IMG/VR virus record: IMGVR_UViG_3300045993_000425
Span: 64,001-128,000 of that record
Reading direction: 5' to 3' (one strand)
DNA length: 64,000 bases
Source: a virus
Made by a program: the position numbers and the translations under genes. This document shows, piece by piece, positions 19,526 to 28,361 of the stretch (position 1 is the stretch's first letter; each line of letters begins with the position of its first letter). The notes beneath the pieces are model-generated. The model searched no databases. It was not told where the DNA came from and worked only from the letters and a program-made list of their open reading frames with translations.

Positions 19526-19834
19526 TTACTCGCCAGCGATGATCTGATTCATTCGCTCAGTCAGAGCCAGATAGCGGTCGGACACAGAGAGGATGCTCGC
19601 CTCATCTAGCCAGTCACTCTTGCTTAGTTCAGTGATGACGAGGTCTGGCTCCTTCTTCATAGCGAGCCAGCGGCTGACACCACGGTGAGGTCCAGAGCCG
19701 AGGATGGTCGTCTTGCCGTTCGTTTCGGTCACTACCAGATTGAGCCCGCCATGTGTCGTCAGCTCCACGACAGGCTTGCCCTTCAGGGTTCCGATTCGCT
19801 TTTTGGTAGCAATATGCTTGGCTTGGATGTCCAC
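19526..19834 (-). CDS. Hypothetical virion protein
   Basis: GTG start, GGAGG SD, GCAATCT motif upstream; contains LSKSD. Confidence 0.6.
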   Translation of the reverse strand: MDIQAKHIATKKRIGTLKGKPVVELTTHGGLNLVVTETNGKTTILGSGPHRGVSRWLAMKKEPDLVITELSKSDWLDEASILSVSDRYLALTERMNQIIAGE

Positions 19835-19895
19835 TATGTGCCTCCAGCCTAGAAGATTGCTACGCTGTGCTATTGGACAATGAAAGGAGCATCAA

Positions 19896-20498
19896 GTGAC
19901 CACACAGGCAAAACAACTGACCATCCTCCTCGACATGGACTCAATCGTCGTCGATTTCATGCCGGGGCTTCTGGATGCCTACAACAAGCGGTACGGTCGG
20001 GATGTCACCATCGAGCAGATCATCACCTGGGATGTAGGCAAGTGCGTACCAGATGGGGACCTGATCTACGATGTCATGAGGGAGCCAGGTCTTTTCCTGA
20101 ACCTGAAGCCGGTTCCTGGGGCCCTAGCTGCCATCCAGCGACTCAGCGATGAGGGGCACCGCATCTGCTTGGTCACCTCTGCCTCAGGGACAGCTATGGC
20201 TGAGAAGGAAGCGTGGGTTCGGCAATACATCCCTCTCCTCTTCCACCGGATGATCATCGCTAGGGGGCTGACACCTAAGAGCTTCGTCCAGGGGGATGTC
20301 TTCATCGATGACGCTCCGCACAATATCATCAACTACCGCCACAGCCATCCTACCGCCCTCATCATGGGCATCTGCTACCCGTACACGGTGTCTGCTCTGA
20401 ACTACGCCAACGTCCTCTTCGACTACCGCGACCCCAAAGAGGCCTGGAAGCAGATGGTTGAGCGGATCGAGTGTTTCGCCCGCCAGGAGACTGTCTAG
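19896..20498 (+). CDS. 5'(3')-deoxyribonucleotidase (HAD superfamily)
   Basis: LLDMD motif I, VTS motif II, GDVFIDDAPHN motif IV. Confidence 0.85.
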   Translation: MTTQAKQLTILLDMDSIVVDFMPGLLDAYNKRYGRDVTIEQIITWDVGKCVPDGDLIYDVMREPGLFLNLKPVPGALAAIQRLSDEGHRICLVTSASGTAMAEKEAWVRQYIPLLFHRMIIARGLTPKSFVQGDVFIDDAPHNIINYRHSHPTALIMGICYPYTVSALNYANVLFDYRDPKEAWKQMVERIECFARQETV

Positions 20499-20668
20499 TG
20501 GACTTCACATTTCTGGCACTGGTGAGGCTCGTCCTCTGCTGCCTCTGGGTGGGATTCTGGTACGGTGAGAACCGCTCTGTTCGCCGGGACTCAGAGAGGC
20601 ACCTGATTCTATGGGGCTTTGTCGTCCTTACTGTGTCTGCTGCCACCTTCATCCTAGATAGCCGGTAG
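20498..20668 (+). CDS. Small two-TM membrane protein
   Basis: GTG start overlapping the upstream stop; two hydrophobic stretches. Confidence 0.45.
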   Translation: MDFTFLALVRLVLCCLWVGFWYGENRSVRRDSERHLILWGFVVLTVSAATFILDSR

Positions 20669-20676
20669 TATCGGAC

Positions 20677-20705
20677 TTGACTGCCTGACGGGCTTCTGCT
20701 AGTAT
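20677..20705 (+). promoter_or_regulatory. Sigma70-type promoter upstream of the ligase
   Basis: TTGACT-N17-TAGTAT with extended TG. Confidence 0.7.
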
Positions 20706-20711
20706 CGGTTC

Positions 20712-21857
20712 ATGGAGGAAACACCGATGACAAGCCTTCCGACGCTCTACAAGCTGACCAAGACGGGCGCGGTCCAGCAATGGACCGTCTCCTACGAGGA
20801 CAACAAGGTGATCACCCGCTGGGGTCAGCAGGGTGGAGCCATCCAGACCACATCCGAGGTGGTGACCGGCAAGAACACCGGGAAGTCGAACGAGACGACC
20901 GACACCCAGCAGGCAGCCATCGAGGCTCTTGCTCAGTGGGTCAAGCAGACCAAGAAAGGGTATGTCGAGACGGTCGAGAAGGCGAAGGCTGGCGAGGTCG
21001 GGGATGTGATCAAGGGAGGGATCAACCCGATGCTGGCCGAAAAGTTCAGCGACTTCGGCAACGAGGTGGTGTGGCCAGCTTACGCCCAACCCAAACTGGA
21101 TGGGCACCGCTGCATCGCTGTCATCACCAACAGCAGCGTGACCCTCTGGAGCCGCACTCGCAAGGAGATCCTCTCTGTGCCGCACATCGCAGAGGCTCTT
21201 CGCAGCCACATCGACATACCTGAGGCAGGGAAGCGGATCATCCTCGATGGGGAGTTGTACAACCATTCCTTGAAGAGCGACTTCGAGGAACTGACATCCG
21301 CCATCCGCAAGCAGAAGCCCAGCGAGGCGTCCAAGAAGGTCGTGTACCACATCTATGACTTCCCTACCGCCTTCGGAGGCTTCGGGGAGCGTCATCAGCA
21401 GCTGCTCGACTTGCTTCTCAAGAACGGAATGCCTCCTCGTTGCCTGGTGTCGGTCGCCACCCACAAGGTGCAGAGCGAGGAGACGATGAGAGATTTGTTC
21501 AGTGTCTTCCTCGATGAGGGCTATGAGGGTCTCATGGTCAGGTCTGCCGCCGGTCACTACGAGGAGCGGCGCAGTCGCAACCTGCTCAAGGTCAAGGAGT
21601 TCCAGGACGCTGAGTTCCCTATCATCGGGGTCGAGGAGGGGAAGGGGAAGTTGGCTGGTCATGCCATCTTCGTCTGCAAGACCGACTCTGGTCAGGAGTT
21701 CCGCTGCAAGCTCAAGGGTGAGCAGTCACACCTCAAGAGCTACTTCCTGTGTCCAGAGTTGGTCATCGGTCGGTTGTTGACGGTCAAGTTTCAGGAGCTC
21801 ACCAAGGACGGGATCCCCCGCTTCCCGGTTGGGGAGCGAATCAGAGAGGATGTGTGA
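20712..21857 (+). CDS. lig: ATP-dependent DNA ligase with N-terminal WGR-like domain
   Basis: QPKLDGHR adenylation motif, ILDGELY, YEGLMVR, LLKVK, OB-fold ending G.PRFP. Confidence 0.92.
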   Translation: MEETPMTSLPTLYKLTKTGAVQQWTVSYEDNKVITRWGQQGGAIQTTSEVVTGKNTGKSNETTDTQQAAIEALAQWVKQTKKGYVETVEKAKAGEVGDVIKGGINPMLAEKFSDFGNEVVWPAYAQPKLDGHRCIAVITNSSVTLWSRTRKEILSVPHIAEALRSHIDIPEAGKRIILDGELYNHSLKSDFEELTSAIRKQKPSEASKKVVYHIYDFPTAFGGFGERHQQLLDLLLKNGMPPRCLVSVATHKVQSEETMRDLFSVFLDEGYEGLMVRSAAGHYEERRSRNLLKVKEFQDAEFPIIGVEEGKGKLAGHAIFVCKTDSGQEFRCKLKGEQSHLKSYFLCPELVIGRLLTVKFQELTKDGIPRFPVGERIREDV

Positions 21858-21870
21858 CAATCTAGAATAC

Positions 21871-22210
21871 GGGCATGTAACGGTATCGATTTCGGGACGA
21901 GAGGATAGAACGCGAGCAGGGCAAGCCTATGGCCCTTCAAACCCAAGGCAACGCAACAACTGCCAACGACAACGTTGAGCAGGCCGCTTACGCTCTCGCA
22001 GCGTAGCGACCCGGAGAACGGTGAGATACCTCTGGTAACCGTCAACTCCGTCAGCACAAGAGGCGCCTAGACTCGGGTCACCGGGGTCCAAGGTAGACAA
22101 ACAGGTGCTGCAAGGTAGCCGAAGACCACGCCTGGAGCCGCCAGGACACGCTCGTAGGGTTCTACCAAACAACCTGAAAGACATGGGTTCGACTCCCATC
22201 ATGTCCACCA
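21871..22210 (+). ncRNA. ssrA: tmRNA, tag (A)ANDNVEQAAYALAA*
   Basis: GGGCATG/CATGTCC-ACCA acceptor stem with G3:U; T-arm GGGTTCGACTCCC; tag ORF 21962-22006. Confidence 0.93.
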
Positions 22211-22211
22211 A

Positions 22212-22373
22212 CTACCTGATCTCACTCAGGGTTGCGGTAAGTGAGATGGTGGAGGCGGCGAAAGTCGCCCTCCTGGTCAGTATAGAGCCCCTGGCCAGGG
22301 ATGTCTGCGAAGTGGTTCTTATACAGTAGTTTCCACATGCAGCCGGTAGCGCAGTACCGGTTGTGCTTCACCA
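22212..22373 (+). ncRNA. Candidate structured RNA between tmRNA and tRNA-Tyr
   Basis: Four hairpins, one with a GAAA tetraloop; ends ...TTCACCA. Confidence 0.4.
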
Positions 22374-22379
22374 AGATAC

Positions 22380-22464
22380 GGACTGGATGGGCAACTGGTA
22401 GCCCAGCGGGCTGTAAACCCGTCCCCTAACGGGGCAGGAGGTTCGAGTCCTCCCCGGTCCACCA
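22380..22464 (+). tRNA. tRNA-Tyr(GTA)
   Basis: GGACTGG/CCGGTCC-ACCA stem, CTGTAAA anticodon loop, long variable arm, GTTCGAGTC. Confidence 0.93.
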
Positions 22465-22477
22465 CTGCGAGGGCGAG

Positions 22478-24049
22478 ATGCGACTGATCGAGCAGACGGT
22501 AGAGCTAGAGTGGATCACCCCTGATGCCCTCAAGGTCATCGAGACGGCAGGTCGGGTATCCTACAAGTCGGAAGACCTCATCACCGACACCTCCGCTGCT
22601 GTCTTCGTAAATAAATTGAACCGGCTCGGTCACCACAGCGTCCTGGAGCATGCCTGTGCCTCTGTCAGGGTTGTGACAGATAGAGGTATCTCTCACGAAC
22701 TGGTTCGGCACAGGATTGCCAGTTTCACCCAAGAATGCGTATCTGGAGATACGAAGATCGACAAGAACCTTACGATCAAGGAAGCGTTTGATCGTCGGAA
22801 GCAAGGTCTACGCATCAAGAGCGAGATGGCCGGTCGAATCGTTCCAAATTGGATCGATGAGGTTCTTTACAATGGGAAAGCCCCTGTATACAGGGTTACC
22901 ACCAGGCTTGGCTATTGCATCAAGACGACATTGGCTCATGAGTTCAAGAAATCAGATGGAGAGTTCGTCAGACTCGAGTCACTAACGGTCGGTGACAAGG
23001 TAATGGTCAACGGAAGACCATGCTTGTTAACTATATCTGACGATGCACTAGAGTATGAGTACTTTGGGCTCCACCTGGCTCCGACAGAGATAGCTGAGAA
23101 GTACATGGTTTCTGCTCAGGTGGTTCGGCGGCGGCTCCATAAGCTTGGCATCTTTGAGAAACACATCAACGACAAGAACCCCGACAAGTACAGCAAGAAC
23201 GTCACGCAGTACAGCATTGAGAAGATGAGAGAGGCTATTCTCGATCAGTACTCCAATGGACGAAAGCCTTGGAATCTTGGGCTCACAGAACATGACCACC
23301 CAGGTGTCGCGACACAAGCAGATACACTCCGCACTCATCACTGGGATAATTCCCAACGACCAAACCACGGTCCCGGTATCGTCGATACTGTAGGTCACAT
23401 GAGAGCTCGCGAATTGAAGATCGATGTAACGTCGTGCGAGTTATGCTCTTGCGACACCGACCTACACGTTCATCACATCAACTCACTTCCACATGACAAC
23501 AGAATGGAGAATCTGATCAAGGTATGTGTCAAGTGCCATGCTAGACTTCACTGTGGGTGGTGGTTGGCGGTTGTTGCCCATCCAGATGAAATCGTCTCTA
23601 TCGAACTAGTCGGTGAAGAGGATGTCTACGACCTAAGAATGCGCCCTCCGCTGCACAACTACATAGCAAATGGCTTTGTTGTGCATAATTCCACGAGATA
23701 CGTCTCCTATGCCAAGGAGAAGCATGGGGGAGGCGACATCCGCTTCATCCTCCCTGTCGGCCTGGATGAGTACCAGCAGAGGCTATTTGAGCAGGCCTAT
23801 CGGGACTCTGAGAGGCACTACCTCGAGGCTATCCGGCTTGGCTGCTCTCCCCAGCAGGCGAGAGACATCCTCCCCTGCGGTGTCAAGACAGAACTAGTGA
23901 TAACCGCTAACTTCCGCGAATGGATCCATATCCTTACCCTCAGGACGGACAAAGCTGCCCATCCCAAGATGCGAGTCCTGGCTGGGATGATCAGAGATGT
24001 ACTATCAGAGCAGTGTCCTGTCGTTTTCAAGACTGAGGAGAAGCCGTGA
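22478..24049 (+). CDS. thyX: Flavin-dependent thymidylate synthase with intein
   Basis: GHHSVLEH, ELVRHRIASFTQE|intein|STRY, ARDILP, NFREW...LR. Confidence 0.93.
   Translation: MRLIEQTVELEWITPDALKVIETAGRVSYKSEDLITDTSAAVFVNKLNRLGHHSVLEHACASVRVVTDRGISHELVRHRIASFTQECVSGDTKIDKNLTIKEAFDRRKQGLRIKSEMAGRIVPNWIDEVLYNGKAPVYRVTTRLGYCIKTTLAHEFKKSDGEFVRLESLTVGDKVMVNGRPCLLTISDDALEYEYFGLHLAPTEIAEKYMVSAQVVRRRLHKLGIFEKHINDKNPDKYSKNVTQYSIEKMREAILDQYSNGRKPWNLGLTEHDHPGVATQADTLRTHHWDNSQRPNHGPGIVDTVGHMRARELKIDVTSCELCSCDTDLHVHHINSLPHDNRMENLIKVCVKCHARLHCGWWLAVVAHPDEIVSIELVGEEDVYDLRMRPPLHNYIANGFVVHNSTRYVSYAKEKHGGGDIRFILPVGLDEYQQRLFEQAYRDSERHYLEAIRLGCSPQQARDILPCGVKTELVITANFREWIHILTLRTDKAAHPKMRVLAGMIRDVLSEQCPVVFKTEEKP
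22736..23689 (+). mobile_element. Intein (318 aa) with HNH endonuclease
   Basis: Starts CVSGDT; block B T..HEF; VYDL...NYIANGFVVHN|S; HNH motif CELC..LHVHHIN..DN..ENL..VC.KCH. Confidence 0.92.
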
Positions 24050-24402
24050 GCGAAACACCCAAGGTCTGCCAGATCTGCGAGAGCGACCTTTTTGAGGGAG
24101 TGTGTAGGAGCAGAGTCAGTCTCGGGGTTTCTGCCTGCTTTGAGTCTGGATACCATATGCTTCGCTCCCGCCTGGATGCGGTCAGTGAGGACCAAGCCAA
24201 GACAGCTACTAGGCTTTTCGCCTCTGAACTCGCCCGTGAAGAACTCGACAAGGCACTGACTCAACTCATCTACGCATCCGAAACCATCGCTCTAGCCATC
24301 GACACCCCCACTCCGGTGGGTCCCACCCACAGTGACGCTCAAGACCTATGGGCTGTCATCCGCAGTGCAGAGAAGGCTCTTCTTACAAAAGGAATGAAAT
24401 AA
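24046..24402 (+). CDS. Hypothetical protein
   Basis: GTGA-coupled to thyX. Confidence 0.6.
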   Translation: MSETPKVCQICESDLFEGVCRSRVSLGVSACFESGYHMLRSRLDAVSEDQAKTATRLFASELAREELDKALTQLIYASETIALAIDTPTPVGPTHSDAQDLWAVIRSAEKALLTKGMK

Positions 24403-24710
24403 TGGGCACCATCGTCATCGACACGATCACAGGCAAGACCATCGACACAGAGTCGGAGATCACCTCCCTGCGTCGGCAGCTACATGCAGCAGAGCATGAA
24501 ATTGCCTGGTCGCAGCGAGAGACATCTGAAAAGCTCAAGCAGCTTCAGGCAGAGAACAAGCTGCTCCATGACCGGCTGGCGGATGCCGAGAAGACCCTCG
24601 AGAAGAAGGAAGAGCTGATGCGGGCTCAGAGGCAGGTCATCGACCAGTTCCTCTACGGCTCAAAGGTGTTACAAGAGAAAGGTGGAGGCGCACATGGAAA
24701 AGTCCCTTGA
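24402..24710 (+). CDS. Coiled-coil hypothetical protein
   Basis: Start reassigned to MGTIVID. Confidence 0.6.
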   Translation: MGTIVIDTITGKTIDTESEITSLRRQLHAAEHEIAWSQRETSEKLKQLQAENKLLHDRLADAEKTLEKKEELMRAQRQVIDQFLYGSKVLQEKGGGAHGKVP

Positions 24711-24879
24711 GGCCCAGGAAGTCGAGCGTCTGACCAAAGAGAACAAGATGAAGCAGGAGATGATCGACCTTCTCAACCGGCGACGGCAGCAGATCATGCT
24801 CCAGCTAGAGCGAGGCGACTTCAAGAAGGCTCTCCGCTTCAGCCATATGCCTCTCGGGGCAGACTTTGAGGAGCCTTAG
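24694..24879 (+). CDS. Hypothetical protein
   Basis: GGAGG SD, MEKSLE start. Confidence 0.55.
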   Translation: MEKSLEAQEVERLTKENKMKQEMIDLLNRRRQQIMLQLERGDFKKALRFSHMPLGADFEEP

Positions 24880-24886
24880 TACTGCA

Positions 24887-24915
24887 TTGACCGGCATCCT
24901 GCCTGCTGCTATCAT
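24887..24915 (+). promoter_or_regulatory. Sigma70-type promoter for xis-int
   Basis: TTGACC-N17-TATCAT with extended TG. Confidence 0.6.
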
Positions 24916-24959
24916 TGCGGGATGCCGGTCGAGAGCCCTGGTTGTGCTTCTAGAGTACT

Positions 24960-25277
24960 ATGTCAGAACACTGCCAAGGCCTCCTGCTCTGTCGTAGTTG
25001 CTGCGCCTCCTACCTGGGCGTTAGCCTCAAGACATTCCAGCGACATATCAGACCCAGCCTCAAGGGTGTGCGTGTCGGAGATGTCCGATGGACCAAGGCC
25101 GGCCTCGATGAGTGGGTCAAGTCCCACCAGGAGGCTCCATGTCAGGCTACGAAGTATTCCAGAAAAAGAACGGATCAGGCAAGGTTAGCCCCTTCTACAG
25201 GGTCCGCTTCACCCTCGACGGCAAGCAGGTTAGTTTCCCAACGGGTGAGAGAGATGGAGCGGCTGCTGACCGGGTAG
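24960..25277 (+). CDS. xis: Excisionase-like HTH protein
   Basis: A.YLGVS.KTF...I.P....R.G.VRW....LDEW pattern; overlaps the integrase start. Confidence 0.65.
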   Translation: MSEHCQGLLLCRSCCASYLGVSLKTFQRHIRPSLKGVRVGDVRWTKAGLDEWVKSHQEAPCQATKYSRKRTDQARLAPSTGSASPSTASRLVSQRVREMERLLTG

Positions 25278-26392
25278 GTGCTCAGATCTACCTGACTCAC
25301 CACCAGCAGGCTGGGAAGCCGGTTCCTGAGGGTACAGTCGACGCAGAAGACATCACCCTGGTCAGGGTCGGAGCCATCCTTCTGGTAGCCCTAGAGGATG
25401 AACTCGCCAGGGGAGACATCAAAAGGGGCCCCAGGTTTGTGAAGGATGTCCGCTTTGATATCCGAGGCATCCAGACCAAGTTCCAGACGATCACCCAGCT
25501 AACCGGGCCAGAGTGGACCAAAGCCGTCAAAGAGTGGCACGCTGGCTATCCTGACAGGAAGGAAGCCCTTAGCTGGCGCTACCTCCAGCGATGGACCATC
25601 ACAGCTAGAGCTCTGACCAGGCACGCGAAGCTGCTAGGGCTGATCGATGTCGTCCCGACCCTTGTCGCTCCCAGCAATGAGCAGGTCAAGAACGAAGAGG
25701 CTCATCGCAGAGCCTACTCGCTGGACGAGAGGGACCTCTTCCTGGCCACTGTAGCCGAGATGGCTAAGGACTCCCCCAGAGGCAAGAGGAAGGGGAGGAG
25801 AGCCTACAGGGCCTTCCTGGTGCTCTTCACGACAGGTCTAAGGAAGTCGGCCCTCGAGCGGATGAGAGTCAGGCAGATCAACTGGGATACCGGCTTCGTC
25901 GTTCTACCGGCTGGAACGATGAAGAAGAGGAACAGGGATCGCGAGATCTGGCTGCGCCCAGAAACCAAGCAGGCCATTCTGGAGGAGCTGGAGGAGGTCA
26001 GGGCAGACCTGGGACGCGACCTCCTGCCTTCCGACTTCGTCTTTGGCGAGATGGACCTCCGCTATTGGTTCAGGTCTGCCATCAGAAAGGCGGGCATCGA
26101 CCCTCGAGGTCTGACAGCTCACCATGCGACCAGGCACACCCTAGCCACCCAGCTAGGTGACGCTGATGCCACCCTGGCCCAGATGCTAAACACCTTCCAC
26201 TGGGAAACACCTACGATGCCAGCTCGGTACATGCACGACAACGCCCAGCTCGCTAAGGCTGCATTAGAGCGACTCCCACCGCCGGTACTACCTCTGCCTC
26301 AATCAAAAGCTAGCGTTGCAGGAGAGCCCGTTTCCGTTCGCCTGGATGCCGCTCCTGAATCCGGTCGCAATCTGCCTAACCAGACCACTTAG
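25139..26392 (+). CDS. int: Tyrosine integrase
   Basis: TGLR, K, HxxRH (HHATRHT), H/W and Y (PARY) catalytic set; N-terminal arm-binding-like segment. Confidence 0.88.
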   Translation: MSGYEVFQKKNGSGKVSPFYRVRFTLDGKQVSFPTGERDGAAADRVGAQIYLTHHQQAGKPVPEGTVDAEDITLVRVGAILLVALEDELARGDIKRGPRFVKDVRFDIRGIQTKFQTITQLTGPEWTKAVKEWHAGYPDRKEALSWRYLQRWTITARALTRHAKLLGLIDVVPTLVAPSNEQVKNEEAHRRAYSLDERDLFLATVAEMAKDSPRGKRKGRRAYRAFLVLFTTGLRKSALERMRVRQINWDTGFVVLPAGTMKKRNRDREIWLRPETKQAILEELEEVRADLGRDLLPSDFVFGEMDLRYWFRSAIRKAGIDPRGLTAHHATRHTLATQLGDADATLAQMLNTFHWETPTMPARYMHDNAQLAKAALERLPPPVLPLPQSKASVAGEPVSVRLDAAPESGRNLPNQTT

Positions 26393-26400
26393 GAGATCCC

Positions 26401-26646
26401 GTGACACCCATCAGCGCAACCCAGACCATCGGCAGCAAGAGGTACTCGACCGACAACTCGACATTGCTGGGCGACGACAGCATCACCATGCTCTTCCGCA
26501 CCCCCAACGGCCATTACTTCGGACAGAAGTCGGATGGAATCCTCTTCAAGCTAGATCTGGACGATGCCATCGACCTCTTTTTGACCCTAGTCCCCACGAT
26601 GTCATTCTGGGAAGCCTTCCCTGGAATCACCATCCAGGATGCCTAA
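26401..26646 (+). CDS. Hypothetical protein
   Basis: AGGAG SD, GTG start; KRYST...LFRT..G.YF. Confidence 0.55.
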   Translation: MTPISATQTIGSKRYSTDNSTLLGDDSITMLFRTPNGHYFGQKSDGILFKLDLDDAIDLFLTLVPTMSFWEAFPGITIQDA

Positions 26647-26647
26647 A

Positions 26648-26820
26648 TTAGGGACCAGCTAGGGACCGATAGCGGCTAAGTGCCTGTATTTCGGTGCTGA
26701 GTCATGGATTTTGAGTCCTTAACCCAGCCTAGCATGAGAGTAAAATCATAGGCTTGAATGGGTCCTAGCGGGTCCTAGACTCCCCTCTCGGGCCCTAATT
26801 TAGGGACCGGCTAGGGACCG
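26648..26820. other. Putative attP: arm-type repeats around a tRNA-Leu(CAA)-anticodon-like core
   Basis: TAGGGACC pairs at 26649/26660 and 26801/26812; GGGTCCTAG x2 at 26760/26770; core GGATTTTGAGTCC at 26706-26718. Confidence 0.7.
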
Positions 26821-27107
26821 GAAATACACTGAAAGGGCTTGACTCCCAGGAGGCTGCTGATCACGGTCCCGAGGACAGCCCCAGCAACCGTGAAGACAGA
26901 GCCGGTGGCGACGACCCCGAGGAGCATCCCGAAGCCAACCAGAGCCCTGGCGGCCAGGAGAGCTGGAACCGGGTTGCCGAAGATGCCGCCAGCCAGAAGG
27001 AGGCCTGCATAGCCTCCGTAGACGAGGGCGGGGACTAGCGCGAAGACGATGAAGAGGGAGGCGCCAGCGAATGCGCCGAGGACAGCCGCTGTCTTGTTCT
27101 GAGTCAT
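26811..27107 (-). CDS. Small hydrophobic membrane protein
   Basis: AGGAG SD, MTQNKT start; PAL.YGGYAGL motif; stop lies inside the att arm repeat. Confidence 0.65.
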   Translation of the reverse strand: MTQNKTAAVLGAFAGASLFIVFALVPALVYGGYAGLLLAGGIFGNPVPALLAARALVGFGMLLGVVATGSVFTVAGAVLGTVISSLLGVKPFQCISGP

Positions 27108-27254
27108 GTGAATCTCCTTGACCCAGGATATTAGCAAGCTGCGTGCCAACAAAAATCACTGATAATACAGGAACTGGCAGAATAGTCAAGTCCTATTCTG
27201 GCGAAAGATGTCTGGAAAAGCAGACAGTCAGAGATGTAGGGAAAAGGTGACTAG

Positions 27255-27340
27255 TGGTGCCCCGAGTCGGACTCGAACCGACAAGCCCCTGAGGGCAGCT
27301 ACTTTTGAGGCAGCCGTGTAAACCGTTCCACCATCGGGGC
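27255..27340 (-). tRNA. tRNA-Leu(CAA)
   Basis: GCCCCGA/TCGGGGC-ACCA stem, CTCAAAA loop, variable arm, GTTCGAGTC. Confidence 0.93.
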
Positions 27341-27356
27341 TATGCCTGACACTAGC

Positions 27357-27686
27357 CTACAACGATCTGCAAGGGAAGGGGTCGATGCGATACTGCACCT
27401 CCGACCCAAGAGTCTGAGCAATCGCCAGCCTGCCCTTGACGCTGGTCGAGTGGATGATGACCTCGCCAGGTCGAAACTCCTTGGGCGTGCTGAACCTGAT
27501 GAAATGGGCCAAGTCGGACCCATTCCTGTCTGGCTGGAAGTCGAAGTCGAGAAAGAGACGACCGACCCTCCACCCCTGGAGGATGACCACTGCCTCCTCG
27601 TAAGTCGACACCATGTGGGCCTTGGGCAGCCGCTCCCTGAACCAAGCGAGCCTGCCGGGGTCATCATCTACAACGAGGTCGATCAC
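27357..27686 (-). CDS. Stand-alone receiver-like domain (cyclic-phosphate-processing type)
   Basis: VVDDD..R...FLDFD...NG.D...IIHS pattern. Confidence 0.55.
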   Translation of the reverse strand: MIDLVVDDDPGRLAWFRERLPKAHMVSTYEEAVVILQGWRVGRLFLDFDFQPDRNGSDLAHFIRFSTPKEFRPGEVIIHSTSVKGRLAIAQTLGSEVQYRIDPFPCRSL

Positions 27687-28075
27687 AGCGAGGCTCTGTC
27701 CAGCTTTAGGGGTCTGTCCGGAAACCCTGGACGATGAGCCATCACCGCACAAGAGCAGAAGGCGCAGTGAGTCAACTTGCCTTCTTCCAGGTGGCACTCG
27801 ATGTCATGTCCGCACCGGCAGAAGATAGGCGGATCGACCTCCTCTTTCCGCTTGGATGACATGACGAACAAGCTGGGGATCTCCTCCAGGCCCACTGTCA
27901 CGCTACGCACCTCCATCTTGCCCTCCTGCCTGACAAGCCAATCATCGCAGAAACGCCGCATCCGAATGTAGGTGTCGCTGGCTACCATGACAACAGCAGC
28001 TTCTGCACTGTCGGCCTCTACGAAAACTCCGTTCGTCTCTTCGTAGTCTCTGCACCACACCCAGTATCTGCTCAT
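27683..28075 (-). CDS. Hypothetical Cys/His-rich protein
   Basis: CxCGH...H...C..C.C. Confidence 0.55.
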   Translation of the reverse strand: MSRYWVWCRDYEETNGVFVEADSAEAAVVMVASDTYIRMRRFCDDWLVRQEGKMEVRSVTVGLEEIPSLFVMSSKRKEEVDPPIFCRCGHDIECHLEEGKLTHCAFCSCAVMAHRPGFPDRPLKLDRASL

Positions 28076-28361
28076 TTTAGGCCTCCCCTACGGTTGTCCA
28101 CGAGACAGCGCAGCCTTGTGGAGGATCGCTTGCTCGTCTTCCTCTTCTTCAGCACCATCAGCCTGCTTGCTGTCCTTGCTGTAGCACTCATCGATGGCTT
28201 TGACCTCTGCCATAAAGAGGTCGATCTCCTCCTCGGTCATGTTGTCTCGGTACTTCACTTGATCGCCCCGATTCGCCTGAGAGCTTTGAAGAAGAACAAA
28301 GGAACGGATGCGAACAGAAGCATCGAAAAGACGAGCCAGAAGTCTGGATTTCTATCTGATT

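Noticed and set aside
20649-21662. 337-aa minus-strand ORF
   Set aside because: Antisense shadow of the DNA ligase
21791-22329. Short ORFs over the RNA cluster
   Set aside because: They overlap the tmRNA and have no SD or protein motifs
26648-26820. Repeats as a mini-CRISPR or iteron origin
   Set aside because: Units are 8-22 bp without regular spacers; position beside int fits att arm sites better
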